A stretch of DNA of 49,557 nucleotides, taken from positions 1-49,557 of IMG/VR virus record IMGVR_UViG_3300037755_001060; one strand, given 5' to 3'. This document shows, in pieces, positions 1 through 8,106 of the stretch. Origin of the DNA: a virus. Lineage: Duplodnaviria > Caudoviricetes. Every line of letters starts with the position of its first letter. Within the stretch, counting starts at the first letter, position 1. The notes under the pieces were generated by a model. It was not told where the DNA came from and did no database searches. It worked only from the letters and a program-made list of their open reading frames with translations. Made by a program: the position numbers and the translations under genes.

Positions 1-152
1 ATCTCGTCCTCGGTGTGGCCGGCGCCGCGCAAAAGCGCAACGGTTTCAGCGACTTGCGGCAGGCGCTTGTGACGCTTGCGGCCGCGCGGGTCCTTGGGCT
101 CGGACATCGGGAAGCCGAGCAGATCGATCGGCGCCTCGGAATCCTGTGCCAT
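1..152 (-). CDS. terminase small subunit, N-terminal part (runs off the window edge)
   Basis: Manual translation from ATG 152: MAQDSEAPIDLLGFPMSEPKDPRGRKRHKRLPQVAETVALLRGAGHTEDEI. The DLLGxP..GR..H + HTH start is typical of alphaproteobacterial phage TerS, and it lies directly downstream of the HNH gene. Not in the ORF track. Confidence 0.7.
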   Translation of the reverse strand, partial: MAQDSEAPIDLLGFPMSEPKDPRGRKRHKRLPQVAETVALLRGAGHTEDE

Positions 153-270
153 CGGAAAAAAATCCCTGACTGCAGTGGGCGTCGGTCCAACGCGATCGAC
201 GGCCCGGCGTTCGAGACCACCCCCCCCCCTCACCACACCTGGGCCCTAGCGCGCCCACCGCCCACCACCC
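153..270 (-). other. candidate cos/packaging-initiation region
   Basis: Non-coding gap between HNH and TerS containing a G-run (GGGGGGGGGTGGTCTCGAA on -) and a T-run, the usual position and style of cos in HNH-TerS phages. The exact cut site cannot be determined. Confidence 0.4.
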
Positions 271-615
271 CTAGCCACCACCGCGACGCCTGCCCGTATG
301 ATCTTCCTTGAACCGGTTATCGTGCAGCCGGCATGTCGAGCGGAGGTTGCTGTCGTCGTCGCTCCCGCCGTTCCGCGGCGACACGATATGGTCGACGATG
401 AACGCCCGCGCGCGGCATCCTTTCACCCAGCACCGGTACAGGTCGCGCAGCAGCACCCGCTCCCGCGTCTCCAGCCAGTCGCGTGTCTTGTAGCGCGGGT
501 CGACCGTCTTGGGCGCCGCCGGCGCGCCTGGCGGAGCGATGGTCGCCAGCGTCGGCTCCATCCTCGGCAGGCGCGCGCAGCGACGTCCGGTGGCGCTTTT
601 AGGCGCCGCGGTCAT
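271..615 (-). CDS. HNH endonuclease (gp74-like packaging nuclease)
   Basis: RERVLLRDLYRC..C...VDHI.S..NGG.D...NLRSTC..HDN motif, adjacent to TerS, GGAG RBS. Confidence 0.9.
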   Translation of the reverse strand: MTAAPKSATGRRCARLPRMEPTLATIAPPGAPAAPKTVDPRYKTRDWLETRERVLLRDLYRCWVKGCRARAFIVDHIVSPRNGGSDDDSNLRSTCRLHDNRFKEDHTGRRRGGG

Positions 616-675
616 GGCGATGCTCCAGCGTCGGAGGGTCAGGGCCGCCGAGACAGACAGGGGGTCCCGTCAAGC

Positions 676-711
676 GAAAGCGCCCGGCTGGTTTCCCACC
701 CGGGCGCTCTC
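676..711 (-). terminator. GC-rich hairpin, possible tR'-like terminator ahead of the late genes
   Basis: GAGAGCGCCCGGGTGG-GAAA-CCAGCCGGGCGCTTTC on -; the U-tract is short. Confidence 0.45.
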
Positions 712-767
712 TGAGTCTGGGGCGCGCCGCCGGACTTGGCACCGCACCCACCTCGGCATAGTGCGGG

Positions 768-798
768 ATAAATGCGCTTAGCTATCCCGGCCTGTCAA
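768..798 (-). promoter_or_regulatory. candidate late promoter (pR'-like)
   Basis: Perfect TTGACA (798-793 on -), then about 17-18 nt to GCATTTAT; lies upstream of the hairpin and the HNH/TerS genes. Confidence 0.4.
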
Positions 799-1012
799 GC
801 GATTCCTCCGGAGGCGGGTCGGGCCAGGGCTCGAATGCCCACTCGCCGGTATGCCCACAGCGGTATTTGACATTCCCGGCCGGCGTTCCGTCGATCCGCA
901 CCGCGTCCATTGTGAGCAGGGCCGTGCGTGCGTCGCGCCATGGGTCGTCCTTGCACAACAGGCACACCATCGCCACGTCCTTGAAGCGCTTAAATGAAAA
1001 CGTCGCCATCAC
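782..1012 (-). CDS. hypothetical protein (CxxC / CxH, possible Zn ribbon)
   Basis: 76 aa ORF with GGAGG RBS, low-GC segment. Confidence 0.6.
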   Translation of the reverse strand: MMATFSFKRFKDVAMVCLLCKDDPWRDARTALLTMDAVRIDGTPAGNVKYRCGHTGEWAFEPWPDPPPEESLDRPG

Positions 1013-1272
1013 ACCTCCCCAGGGTCGCGGTGGGGCCCGGGGACTCGCTCACCACTCGCCACAATCTTGTCCGTCTCTTCGATAGCCCACTGGAAATCCG
1101 CAACCGATAGATCACCCGTGCTGAGCAAGCTGTGTGCGTCCATAAGGCGGTGCCATGCTAATTGTGCCTTCGCATGTTCTCGTGAGCCTCGCCTGAGCTT
1201 CGGTATTTCGGTCTCCAGAGCCTCGACGGCTGAATGTATATGCGGCGTGATTCGTGTCCACTCCATCCTCAC
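1009..1272 (-). CDS. hypothetical protein
   Basis: 87 aa ORF with AGGAGG RBS, overlaps the next start. Confidence 0.6.
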   Translation of the reverse strand: MRMEWTRITPHIHSAVEALETEIPKLRRGSREHAKAQLAWHRLMDAHSLLSTGDLSVADFQWAIEETDKIVASGERVPGPHRDPGEV

Positions 1273-1374
1273 CCTCCTGTCCTGTCGGGGTCGCGGTGGG
1301 GCCCGGGGACTCGCTCACCACTCGCCACAATCTTGTCCGTCTCTTCGATAGCCCACTGGAAATCCGCAACCGAT
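1022..1374. repeat. exact 87-bp direct repeat (1022-1108 and 1288-1374)
   Basis: GGGTCGCGGTGGGGCCCGGGGACTCGCTCACC...GGAAATCCGCAACCGAT is identical in both copies. Confidence 0.95.
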
Positions 1375-1437
1375 GGGAATTATATACATGACTCCCTCTA
1401 TCCACAGGGCAACCTCTTCGACTGGAATTTTTGCCGG

Positions 1438-1881
1438 TCAGTCACCCTTGCGGCCTTGCGATGCTTCGCAAGTGATCGAACGCAGCGCCTTTTGCAGTTG
1501 GCAAAGATCGGCAAAATTTGTGCTCTCGGGGTCGATCCGCAGCAACAGTTTGTGCAGCAATGAATAGCCGACCTGCACCTCGGTGTTGCCACACCGGACA
1601 ACCGCATACCCCTCGTTTGGGTATTGGCGACCAACAACTATGCGCCCCTGGTCGGCTTTTTCGCCGCAAAAACTATGCTCGGCTGCTTCAGGGTATGCCG
1701 TGAGATATTCCGCTAATGTCATGACACCGTGTTCCTTTGCGATCTTTGCTGCGCGCCGCTTGCGGCGCTTCGCTGGTTTCGTTTTTGGCTTTGGCCGGGT
1801 TGCCCCAAGTCCCGCTTTACGTAGTGTGCGCCGCATCGGGAGCGCCGCCGGACTCGGACCCCATGATACACCCATGCCCAC
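1438..1881 (-). CDS. hypothetical protein (true start may be ATG 1722)
   Basis: ORF in the low-GC patch; Lys/Arg-rich N-terminus followed by a globular-looking part from MTLAEYL. Confidence 0.5.
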   Translation of the reverse strand: MGMGVSWGPSPAALPMRRTLRKAGLGATRPKPKTKPAKRRKRRAAKIAKEHGVMTLAEYLTAYPEAAEHSFCGEKADQGRIVVGRQYPNEGYAVVRCGNTEVQVGYSLLHKLLLRIDPESTNFADLCQLQKALRSITCEASQGRKGD

Positions 1882-1890
1882 GATCGCCCG

Positions 1891-2076
1891 TCACGGCGCC
1901 CTGACGACGACATACGGCCACGCCCGGCACACCGGCACCTCACGAGCCGCGCGATAGGCCTCGCGCTCGGTCTCGAACACCAGGATCGGCGGGTCGTCGC
2001 CCTCGCCGGTGTCCACCGCCAGGACGCGCCCGTTGCCCGGGTTGCGCACCAGGATGACATACCGCGCGCCCTTCAT
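1891..2076 (-). CDS. hypothetical protein
   Basis: MKGARYVILVRNPGNG...; start overlaps the upstream stop. Confidence 0.6.
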   Translation of the reverse strand: MKGARYVILVRNPGNGRVLAVDTGEGDDPPILVFETEREAYRAAREVPVCRAWPYVVVRAP

Positions 2077-2936
2077 CACGCCACCCCCTTCGCCGCCCGC
2101 CGCATCGCCGCGCGCGTCAGCGGATGCATCTCGCGCGGCGGCGCCTCGGGCCGCGCCTCGAGCCACCCCGCGATCTCGCCATAGCGGCGCAGCGCCATCG
2201 CCACCAGCTCGGCCGTGCGCCCGTGCCTCAAGCCCGTCAGATCGTCGACGTCGGCCAGCGGCAGCCCGTCGACCACCACGTCCATGGTCAGCGCGAGCAA
2301 GGTGCGCCCGGCGCGGCCCGGCCCCTGCCACGGCGCCTCGGTCTGCCCGGCCGCGTCGACCGCGAGCCCGCGCCGCACCTCGTGCGCCTTCAACCGGTCC
2401 ATCTCGCGGCACCACGGGTTGTAGCGGTCGCGGCGGATGCGGCCCTGCTGCTCGCTCAGCCCCTCGATCGGCTGGCGCACGCGGCGGCGCGAGCTGTCGA
2501 CCCGCACCGCGTCCATGGCCGGCGCGTTCTGGAACAGCCCGCGCTGCAGCGCGGCGTAGAGATCGGCGATCTCCTGCGCCGCCCAGGTGTATTCCTCGCG
2601 CCAGTCGCGCCGCCGCGCCAGCGCGTCGAGCGGGTGCCGCGCCATGCGCGCGCGGTTCTTGGCCGCCGTCTCGGGCGTCGCCCGCGCCTCGCCGCGCGGC
2701 GCCGGCGCCTCAGGCCGGTGCGCGCGCAGCAGCCCGTCCAGCACCCGCGCCTGGCGCTGCGCCTCGACATGGGCCGCCATCAAGCCGCCGCCCTCGTCCA
2801 CCGCCGGCACCGCCCTCAGCTCGCCCGCGATCCACAGCCTCAGATGCTCGACGCGCCGCAGCGCCTCGACCGACGCCCCCTCGAGCAGCATCTGCCGCGC
2901 CATCCGCTCGACGATCCCGAACAACTTCCGTTCCAT
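2076..2936 (-). CDS. DUF6456-like late transcription activator/antiterminator (GafA C-terminal-like)
   Basis: HPLDALARR...AA.EI..LY and C-terminal DVVVDGLPL..VD...G..HG....V..AL.RY...AG pattern; sits in the Q-gene position before the late promoter. Confidence 0.65.
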   Translation of the reverse strand: MERKLFGIVERMARQMLLEGASVEALRRVEHLRLWIAGELRAVPAVDEGGGLMAAHVEAQRQARVLDGLLRAHRPEAPAPRGEARATPETAAKNRARMARHPLDALARRRDWREEYTWAAQEIADLYAALQRGLFQNAPAMDAVRVDSSRRRVRQPIEGLSEQQGRIRRDRYNPWCREMDRLKAHEVRRGLAVDAAGQTEAPWQGPGRAGRTLLALTMDVVVDGLPLADVDDLTGLRHGRTAELVAMALRRYGEIAGWLEARPEAPPREMHPLTRAAMRRAAKGVA

Positions 2937-2960
2937 GCGCTGCTCCGCCTGTGCTGGTGC

Positions 2961-3206
2961 CTAGGCCTTGGCCTTGTAGAATCCGTCGCGGCCGTGCGGC
3001 CCGCGCACGATGCGCACGGCCGCCTCGTCGGCGACCCCTTCGAGCGCCGCGTGCGGCCCGCAATAGTCTGCCTCATACATATTGAGACATATTCCCAACT
3101 CGGCGACGCCCGCGACGTCGCAATACCCGAACTCATAGCCGTCGACCACCACCCGCCGATCGCCCGGCTGGTGCGCCAACAGGTTCCTCAACTCGCTGAC
3201 CGTCAT
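2961..3206 (-). CDS. hypothetical phage protein
   Basis: MTVSELRNLLAHQPGDRRVVVDGYE, a common phage MTVxEL..L...P.D..V start. Confidence 0.7.
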   Translation of the reverse strand: MTVSELRNLLAHQPGDRRVVVDGYEFGYCDVAGVAELGICLNMYEADYCGPHAALEGVADEAAVRIVRGPHGRDGFYKAKA

Positions 3207-3211
3207 CGTCT

Positions 3212-3679
3212 TCACCCTTTCCCGTGGTCTTGCTTCCGCCGCTTCCGGCGCACAAATTCGCCCGGCCCTTCGGCCGCAGCTGCCCTCGACAGCGGCCGCC
3301 CATCGCGCGGCGCGACATGCTCCGCCGTCACCGCCACCCGCTTCGCCACCCTCAGCCGCTCCTCGTCGTCCTCGATGCGCGCGCGCATCGCCACCGCGCG
3401 CCGGGCCAGCACCTCGGTCGCCGCGACGCAGGTGTGCCGGCCGCCCAAATCGCCGTCCTGCGTCGCGCACCAGCCGCCCGCGATCCGCTCCGTCGCGTTC
3501 ACCCGCTCGAACGGCAGCGCCGCGTCCAGCGACGCCGTGTAGCGCGGCGCCTTGTCGCGCGCCTCCGCGAGCGTCGTGCCCGCCGGCGCGACGAAGAACC
3601 GGTACAGCCGGATATCGAGGATCCGCGACGGCCCCGTCTGCGCCTGCAACCGATCGAACAACTCCCACGCCGTCGTCAT
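3212..3679 (-). CDS. phage protein with PRYTASLDAA motif (phage ABA-sandwich-like)
   Basis: L.DRL....GPSR.LD...APRYTASLDAA...AAT..LA; same family as 15803-16587. Confidence 0.65.
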   Translation of the reverse strand: MTTAWELFDRLQAQTGPSRILDIRLYRFFVAPAGTTLAEARDKAPRYTASLDAALPFERVNATERIAGGWCATQDGDLGGRHTCVAATEVLARRAVAMRARIEDDEERLRVAKRVAVTAEHVAPRDGRPLSRAAAAEGPGEFVRRKRRKQDHGKG

Positions 3680-3984
3680 CGCCCTTCCTCCGGCGCCGGC
3701 GCGGCCGGCGTCTTGCGCGTCACCATCGGCCACTCCTCCGGGTCCAGCCGCTCGCCAGTCGCGAGCGCCGCCTCGGCACCCGGCCGCGTCAGGACGAAGC
3801 AATAATCGCCGCCGAACAGCGCGCGCGGCTCGTGACGCCGCGCCGTGCCGCACGCGACCATCGCCTGCCAGTCGCCCCAATCGGTGCTGCCCGGCCCGGT
3901 CACGAAATGGTTCCGGTAGCTGCACCGCCGCTTGTTCGGCAGCCCCAGCGCATGCCGCGCGAGCTCGACCTGTCGTGGCGTCAT
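3676..3984 (-). CDS. conserved phage hypothetical protein
   Basis: LARHALGL....SYRNHFV.G.GS.D...W..MV..G.A pattern. Confidence 0.75.
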   Translation of the reverse strand: MTPRQVELARHALGLPNKRRCSYRNHFVTGPGSTDWGDWQAMVACGTARRHEPRALFGGDYCFVLTRPGAEAALATGERLDPEEWPMVTRKTPAAPAPEEGR

Positions 3985-3988
3985 CGCG

Positions 3989-4312
3989 TCACCACCCGCC
4001 CAAGGATCGATATTCGATCACCAGCCCGGCTTCCTTCGCGGCGGCGACTCCGTGCAACATGCCCGCCGAAATCCCGCGATCGGTATAGACCACCGTCGCC
4101 TCCGCCACGCGCCGCCAGGCGAGCCCGGCATCGATGCCGAGCACGCGCTCCTCGGGCACCTCGTCGCGCAGGATGCCCGGCTGCGTGAACAGCAGATGGC
4201 TCGCGATCGGCGCCTCGCCGCGCAACACGCAGTCGCGCACGCAGGCCCGCGCATACCGGACGTTCTCCTCGACATCGCCCGCATACGGGCTTTCCACGAT
4301 CACCAGCCTCAT
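3989..4312 (-). CDS. DUF7768/DUF4406-like protein (nucleoside deoxyribosyltransferase-like fold)
   Basis: MRLVIVESPYAGDVEENVRYARAC...GEAPIASHLLFTQ...ER.LGI.AG..W...GIS.GM. Confidence 0.8.
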   Translation of the reverse strand: MRLVIVESPYAGDVEENVRYARACVRDCVLRGEAPIASHLLFTQPGILRDEVPEERVLGIDAGLAWRRVAEATVVYTDRGISAGMLHGVAAAKEAGLVIEYRSLGGW

Positions 4313-4332
4313 CGCACCGTCCTTTCATCACC

Positions 4333-4570
4333 CTGTCCCACCGAGTCCCGGCGCCGTCCCGGCGCCGCAACCCCATCAACCCCTTGTTCCGCAACGCTTC
4401 GTCCCACCTGTCCCACCTGTCCCGGCGAATCGTCTCACACGCGCGCCTATACGCGCGCGCGCACGAGGCAAACCGCCCGGACACCCCGGACAGCCCGGAC
4501 ACCACCAGCGTTCCCGCGCCGTTCCGCCCGCCCCGCGCCCGGACTCCGCCGGGACACCGCCCGGACTCGA
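4333..4570. repeat. iteron-like GTCCC / GGAC repeat cluster, candidate replication origin
   Basis: Multiple (T)GTCCC(A/G) copies on the left and CCGGAC(A/T) copies on the right, converging on CACGCGCGCCTATACGCGCGCGCG; no credible ORF. Confidence 0.5.
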
Positions 4571-4667
4571 TCGGCCGGCCCGGCCCGCGCCCGCATCCTG
4601 GCCCGCGCCATCGCGGCCAAAATGCCGCGCGAAATGCGCGCGCGCATTTGCCAGCCGCCTCGGGCGC

Positions 4668-5590
4668 TCACACGGGCACCCGGAAGCCGGCCGCGTTGCG
4701 GTGCCCGCCGCCGCCGTAGCGCCGCGCCACCTCGCTCACGTCGACCCGTCCGCCGAGCGCAGCGACCAGGTGCGCCCGCCATGGGCGTCGACCGCGACCG
4801 CGGCGAACGGCGCCTCGGGATGGAGCGCGAGCAGCGCGTTCGCGAGGTCCGAGGCGAAGGCGTGGGGCGCGTGCGCGACCGGCACGCCCCGGTGCCCGCC
4901 GATCGTGCGCAAGGTCGCCGTCGCCGCCATCTCCGCGATCTTGCGGTCGTAGAACCGCTTGATGCCGGCCGCCTCCGCGCGGACGACGACCGGGTCGTTC
5001 TGCCATCGATGCATCAGCCGGTCCCACGCCTCGAACTCGTAGGGCAGGCTGCGCAGCAGCAGCGAGACCATCATGGTGTCGGCCAGCGCGAACCGCCACA
5101 GATCGCGATCCTCGACATGGCGGATCAGATCGGGCGCCGCCTCGTCCGGAAAGCAGAACGCCCAGGTCAGCGCCGCGCCCGACCGATCCATGTCGAAATA
5201 GGCGACGACCGGCGGCCGGTCGAGCTCGGCCATGTCGCGCAGCATCCCGCCGACATCCGCCGCGCAGAACACCGCGCCGCCGCACCGCTCGACCGCGAAC
5301 GGCGCCAGATCCGCCTGGGCCGTCTTGTGATGGTCGAGGATGACGATCGACGCGGCACCCGCCTCGCTCACCATGCGCGCCAGCGCGTCCGGCTTGAACG
5401 AGAAATCGGCGACCAGCACATGCCGCCCGGCGAGCGCCAGATCGTCGGGCAGCGCCTGCCCGTAATTGGTCGGCACCAGCCGGCACCCCGGCCACCGCCG
5501 CCGCACCGCCCACGCCGCCGCGAACCCGTCGTCGCACGGAAAATGATAGAGACAGATGTCGGGCGTCCATTGTTCCTGCTCGTCAGGCAT
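4668..5590 (-). pseudogene. DHH/DHHA1 phosphoesterase with a frameshift near 4748
   Basis: YH.PC.DG, DFS, LDHHKTA and VEDRDLWRF are in one frame ending SLRSADGST*. The DHHA1 tail VDVSEVARRYGGGGHRNAAGF is in another frame ending at 4668. Confidence 0.8.
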
Positions 5591-5616
5591 AACGTCGTCC
5601 TCCTGCGTTGTCGGTG

Positions 5617-6435
5617 TCACGCCTCACCCCACGGCGCGTTGATCGCCACCCGGAACAGCGCGTCCAGCGCCGCCGGATGCGGCTCGCGCGTCGGCGCCGC
5701 TTCCGCCATCGACCGGCAGACCGGCAGCGCGGCGGCGATGAACGCGTCGAGCTCGGCGATCCGGCCGGTCGCCATCTCGCCGGACTGGCGCTTGAGGGTC
5801 AGCAGCGTCCGGAGCGCGCCGACCTCGTCCGGGCCGAACAGGTTGCGATAGCGACCGACGACGCCGTCCAGGAGCGCGTCGATCCTGAGCCACGGCAGGC
5901 CATGGCCGTGGCTCGCCATCCACAGCACCGCGAGCAGCGGCCGCACCGCGTAGAAATACTTCTTGAGCCGCACCGGCGCGCCCGGCTTCCAGTATGCCTT
6001 GTGCTGCCGCTCGGCCAGGCTGACATAGTGGTGCATCAGCGCCCGCGGCGAATAGTCGGCCATGATGCCGCGCAGGGCCGCGCGGAACCAGTCGCCATCG
6101 CCGCGATAGAAGATCGGGCTCGCCAGCCATTCCAGCAGCGCCGGGTTGCTCTTGGCCGCCAGGCGCAGCGCCTTGCGCACGTCCCAGCCGGCGAGGTCCA
6201 GGTTCTCCGCCATGGGGCCGAACGGATGCTCGAGCGTGTCGCGCCACGGCACGAGGCTCAGATAGCAGTCGAGCCGGTGGCGGTAGATGAACCGCACGTC
6301 GTAATCGCTGTCCGGCGACTCGATGCCCCACGCCCGGCTCCCCGCCTCGCACGCGAACAGCACCCGCACGTCGAACTCCCGCTCGATCCGCCCGATGCGC
6401 GCGCGGATGACGTCACCCATCACGCTGATGGTCAT
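5617..6435 (-). CDS. DNA pol beta-superfamily nucleotidyltransferase (RlaP/YcgL-like)
   Basis: FACEAGSRAWGIESPDSDYDVRFIY, GWDVRKALRL..KSNP.LLEWL.SP, KKYFYAVRP. Confidence 0.9.
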   Translation of the reverse strand: MTISVMGDVIRARIGRIEREFDVRVLFACEAGSRAWGIESPDSDYDVRFIYRHRLDCYLSLVPWRDTLEHPFGPMAENLDLAGWDVRKALRLAAKSNPALLEWLASPIFYRGDGDWFRAALRGIMADYSPRALMHHYVSLAERQHKAYWKPGAPVRLKKYFYAVRPLLAVLWMASHGHGLPWLRIDALLDGVVGRYRNLFGPDEVGALRTLLTLKRQSGEMATGRIAELDAFIAAALPVCRSMAEAAPTREPHPAALDALFRVAINAPWGEA

Positions 6436-6743
6436 ACCCGCCTCCTGAAGCCGCCCTTGCCCACCCAATAGCCGACCGTCATCCCGATCACCGAGCGCGC
6501 GATCTCGGTCGGCGTATCGCCCTCCATGATCCCGAGCCCGTCGAGCAGCCAATCGAAGGCGACCCAGACGACCAGCACGCACAGCCCGAAGCCGAGCGCA
6601 TCCAGGATCCGCATGATCTGCGCGCGGATGCGACGGCGCCGTCCTGACCGGCGCCGGCAGCCCGGGCACGAAAATTGCCGCTTGTCCGGCGTATCGAACA
6701 GCTTGTCGCAAAGCGCGCAGCGATTCTGATAGGCGTGGATCAT
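6432..6743 (-). CDS. Zn-ribbon membrane protein
   Basis: CxxC...CxxC followed by two hydrophobic segments. Confidence 0.6.
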   Translation of the reverse strand: MIHAYQNRCALCDKLFDTPDKRQFSCPGCRRRSGRRRRIRAQIMRILDALGFGLCVLVVWVAFDWLLDGLGIMEGDTPTEIARSVIGMTVGYWVGKGGFRRRV

Positions 6744-6928
6744 CCCTCGACTCCATCGATCGCCCGCATCGCGTCGACCGGCGCACCATCCTGGAACAGG
6801 TTGCACGAGTCGGTCTCCGCGACCCGCTCGCCACCATGCGGCGAGCCGGCGTTCGCGCACACCAGCGGCAGCGGCGCCGGCCCCAGCGCGAACCGGCAGC
6901 GCTCGCAGATCCGCCGCGCGTCACCCAT
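6740..6928 (-). CDS. small Cys-rich hypothetical protein
   Basis: ICERCRF...C...SP.......DSC; translationally coupled to its neighbours. Confidence 0.65.
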   Translation of the reverse strand: MGDARRICERCRFALGPAPLPLVCANAGSPHGGERVAETDSCNLFQDGAPVDAMRAIDGVEG

Positions 6929-7259
6929 GGCTCACCTCGTGATAGACGGTCCGATCCTCGTTCTGGGCGGCAGGATCCACGCCGAGGACGGTCACGCCCT
7001 CGGGCGGGGGCGCCACCGGCACCGCGACCGCGCCGTCGCCCAGCGCCTCGGCGAGCGCGCGCAGGTCGGCGGTGATCAGCCCCATGAAGCGCGTCAGCTC
7101 GGCGTGCAGCGCCATCAGCATGTCCGGCCCGACCGCGCCCGGGTCGCGCATCTGGTGCTGGACCGCCTCGAAATGCAGCTTGAGCGTCCCGCGCGCCGTG
7201 GCCATCCGCCCGACGAAATGCGCGAGCGCATCCGTCTGCCGCTTCGACAGCCCGCTCAT
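6921..7259 (-). CDS. hypothetical protein
   Basis: MSGLSKRQTDALAHF...; GGAGG RBS, coupled. Confidence 0.6.
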   Translation of the reverse strand: MSGLSKRQTDALAHFVGRMATARGTLKLHFEAVQHQMRDPGAVGPDMLMALHAELTRFMGLITADLRALAEALGDGAVAVPVAPPPEGVTVLGVDPAAQNEDRTVYHEVSHG

Positions 7260-7501
7260 GATGTCCCCTCCTTCGCCGTCATCGGCTCGTCCTTGAACCA
7301 GCAGAAGCGCTCGCGCGGCCAGTGGATATAACGGTGCGCGCCGGTCGTCACGAAGGTCTGGCCGTCCGCGCTCCACGCGCCGTCGGTATATTGCGAGACG
7401 ACGAGCACCGTGTTGCCGGCCGTCCAGAACACCGCCTTGACCCGGTCGTAGACGACCTGCACCGTGCTGTCGTCGCGATAGAGCGTGAGGCGGCGGGTCA
7501 T
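7256..7501 (-). CDS. hypothetical protein
   Basis: MTRRLTLYRDD...; ATGA overlap. Confidence 0.6.
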   Translation of the reverse strand: MTRRLTLYRDDSTVQVVYDRVKAVFWTAGNTVLVVSQYTDGAWSADGQTFVTTGAHRYIHWPRERFCWFKDEPMTAKEGTS

Positions 7502-7746
7502 GGCCGCGGCTCCCTTCGCCGCCGCAATCCCGCGAGCCAGACCCACACCTGCGCGCTCAACGAGACGGCGCCGACCAGCGCCGAGCCGGCGGCCACCACC
7601 GCCGCGGCCGGCGCCAGCACGCCCACCGTGAAGACGACGAAGGCCAGCGCGCACACCGCGAGCGCGACCATGTTGCCCGCGACCGTCACGACCAGCACCG
7701 CCGCCGCCAGCACCGCGCCGACGGCCGAGACCAGCATCAGCCTCAT
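7498..7746 (-). CDS. small membrane protein
   Basis: 82 aa, almost entirely hydrophobic, GGAGG RBS. Confidence 0.6.
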   Translation of the reverse strand: MRLMLVSAVGAVLAAAVLVVTVAGNMVALAVCALAFVVFTVGVLAPAAAVVAAGSALVGAVSLSAQVWVWLAGLRRRREPRP

Positions 7747-7761
7747 GCCCCGTCCTCCTCG

Positions 7762-8106
7762 CTATGCATCGGGCAGCAGCGCGCGTGGCGAAAAGAGCCG
7801 CGTCCAATATTCGCCGTCGCGTTGGAATGCCTCATCCTGATCGGCTGGCCAGCTGTAGCCGGTGAAGCCGTGCCGGTATGTCTCGGTCCAATCGCCCAGC
7901 GGCGCCTGGCAGCGCAAGCAGGTCTCGCGCTCCTCCCGCACTTGCATTGCGACGTATGCCCTGTGCTCGCCGTTGTCGAACCGCGGCCGGCGCCAGCCCT
8001 CTCGCCGCTCAATGCCTTGACGATGGCCGACCCGCGCGCATTTCAGCGCTGGCCGCCGGTGTTCCCGCCACCACAGCGTCATCCTCACCATCACCGACTC
8101 GATCAT
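7762..8106 (-). CDS. hypothetical protein
   Basis: C...GH ... C.RC motif; ATGA overlap with the helicase stop. Confidence 0.6.
   Translation of the reverse strand: MIESVMVRMTLWWREHRRPALKCARVGHRQGIERREGWRRPRFDNGEHRAYVAMQVREERETCLRCQAPLGDWTETYRHGFTGYSWPADQDEAFQRDGEYWTRLFSPRALLPDA

Noticed and set aside
1022-1374. DGR template/variable repeat pair
   Set aside because: The copies are identical, with no adenine-specific differences, and no reverse transcriptase is in the window.
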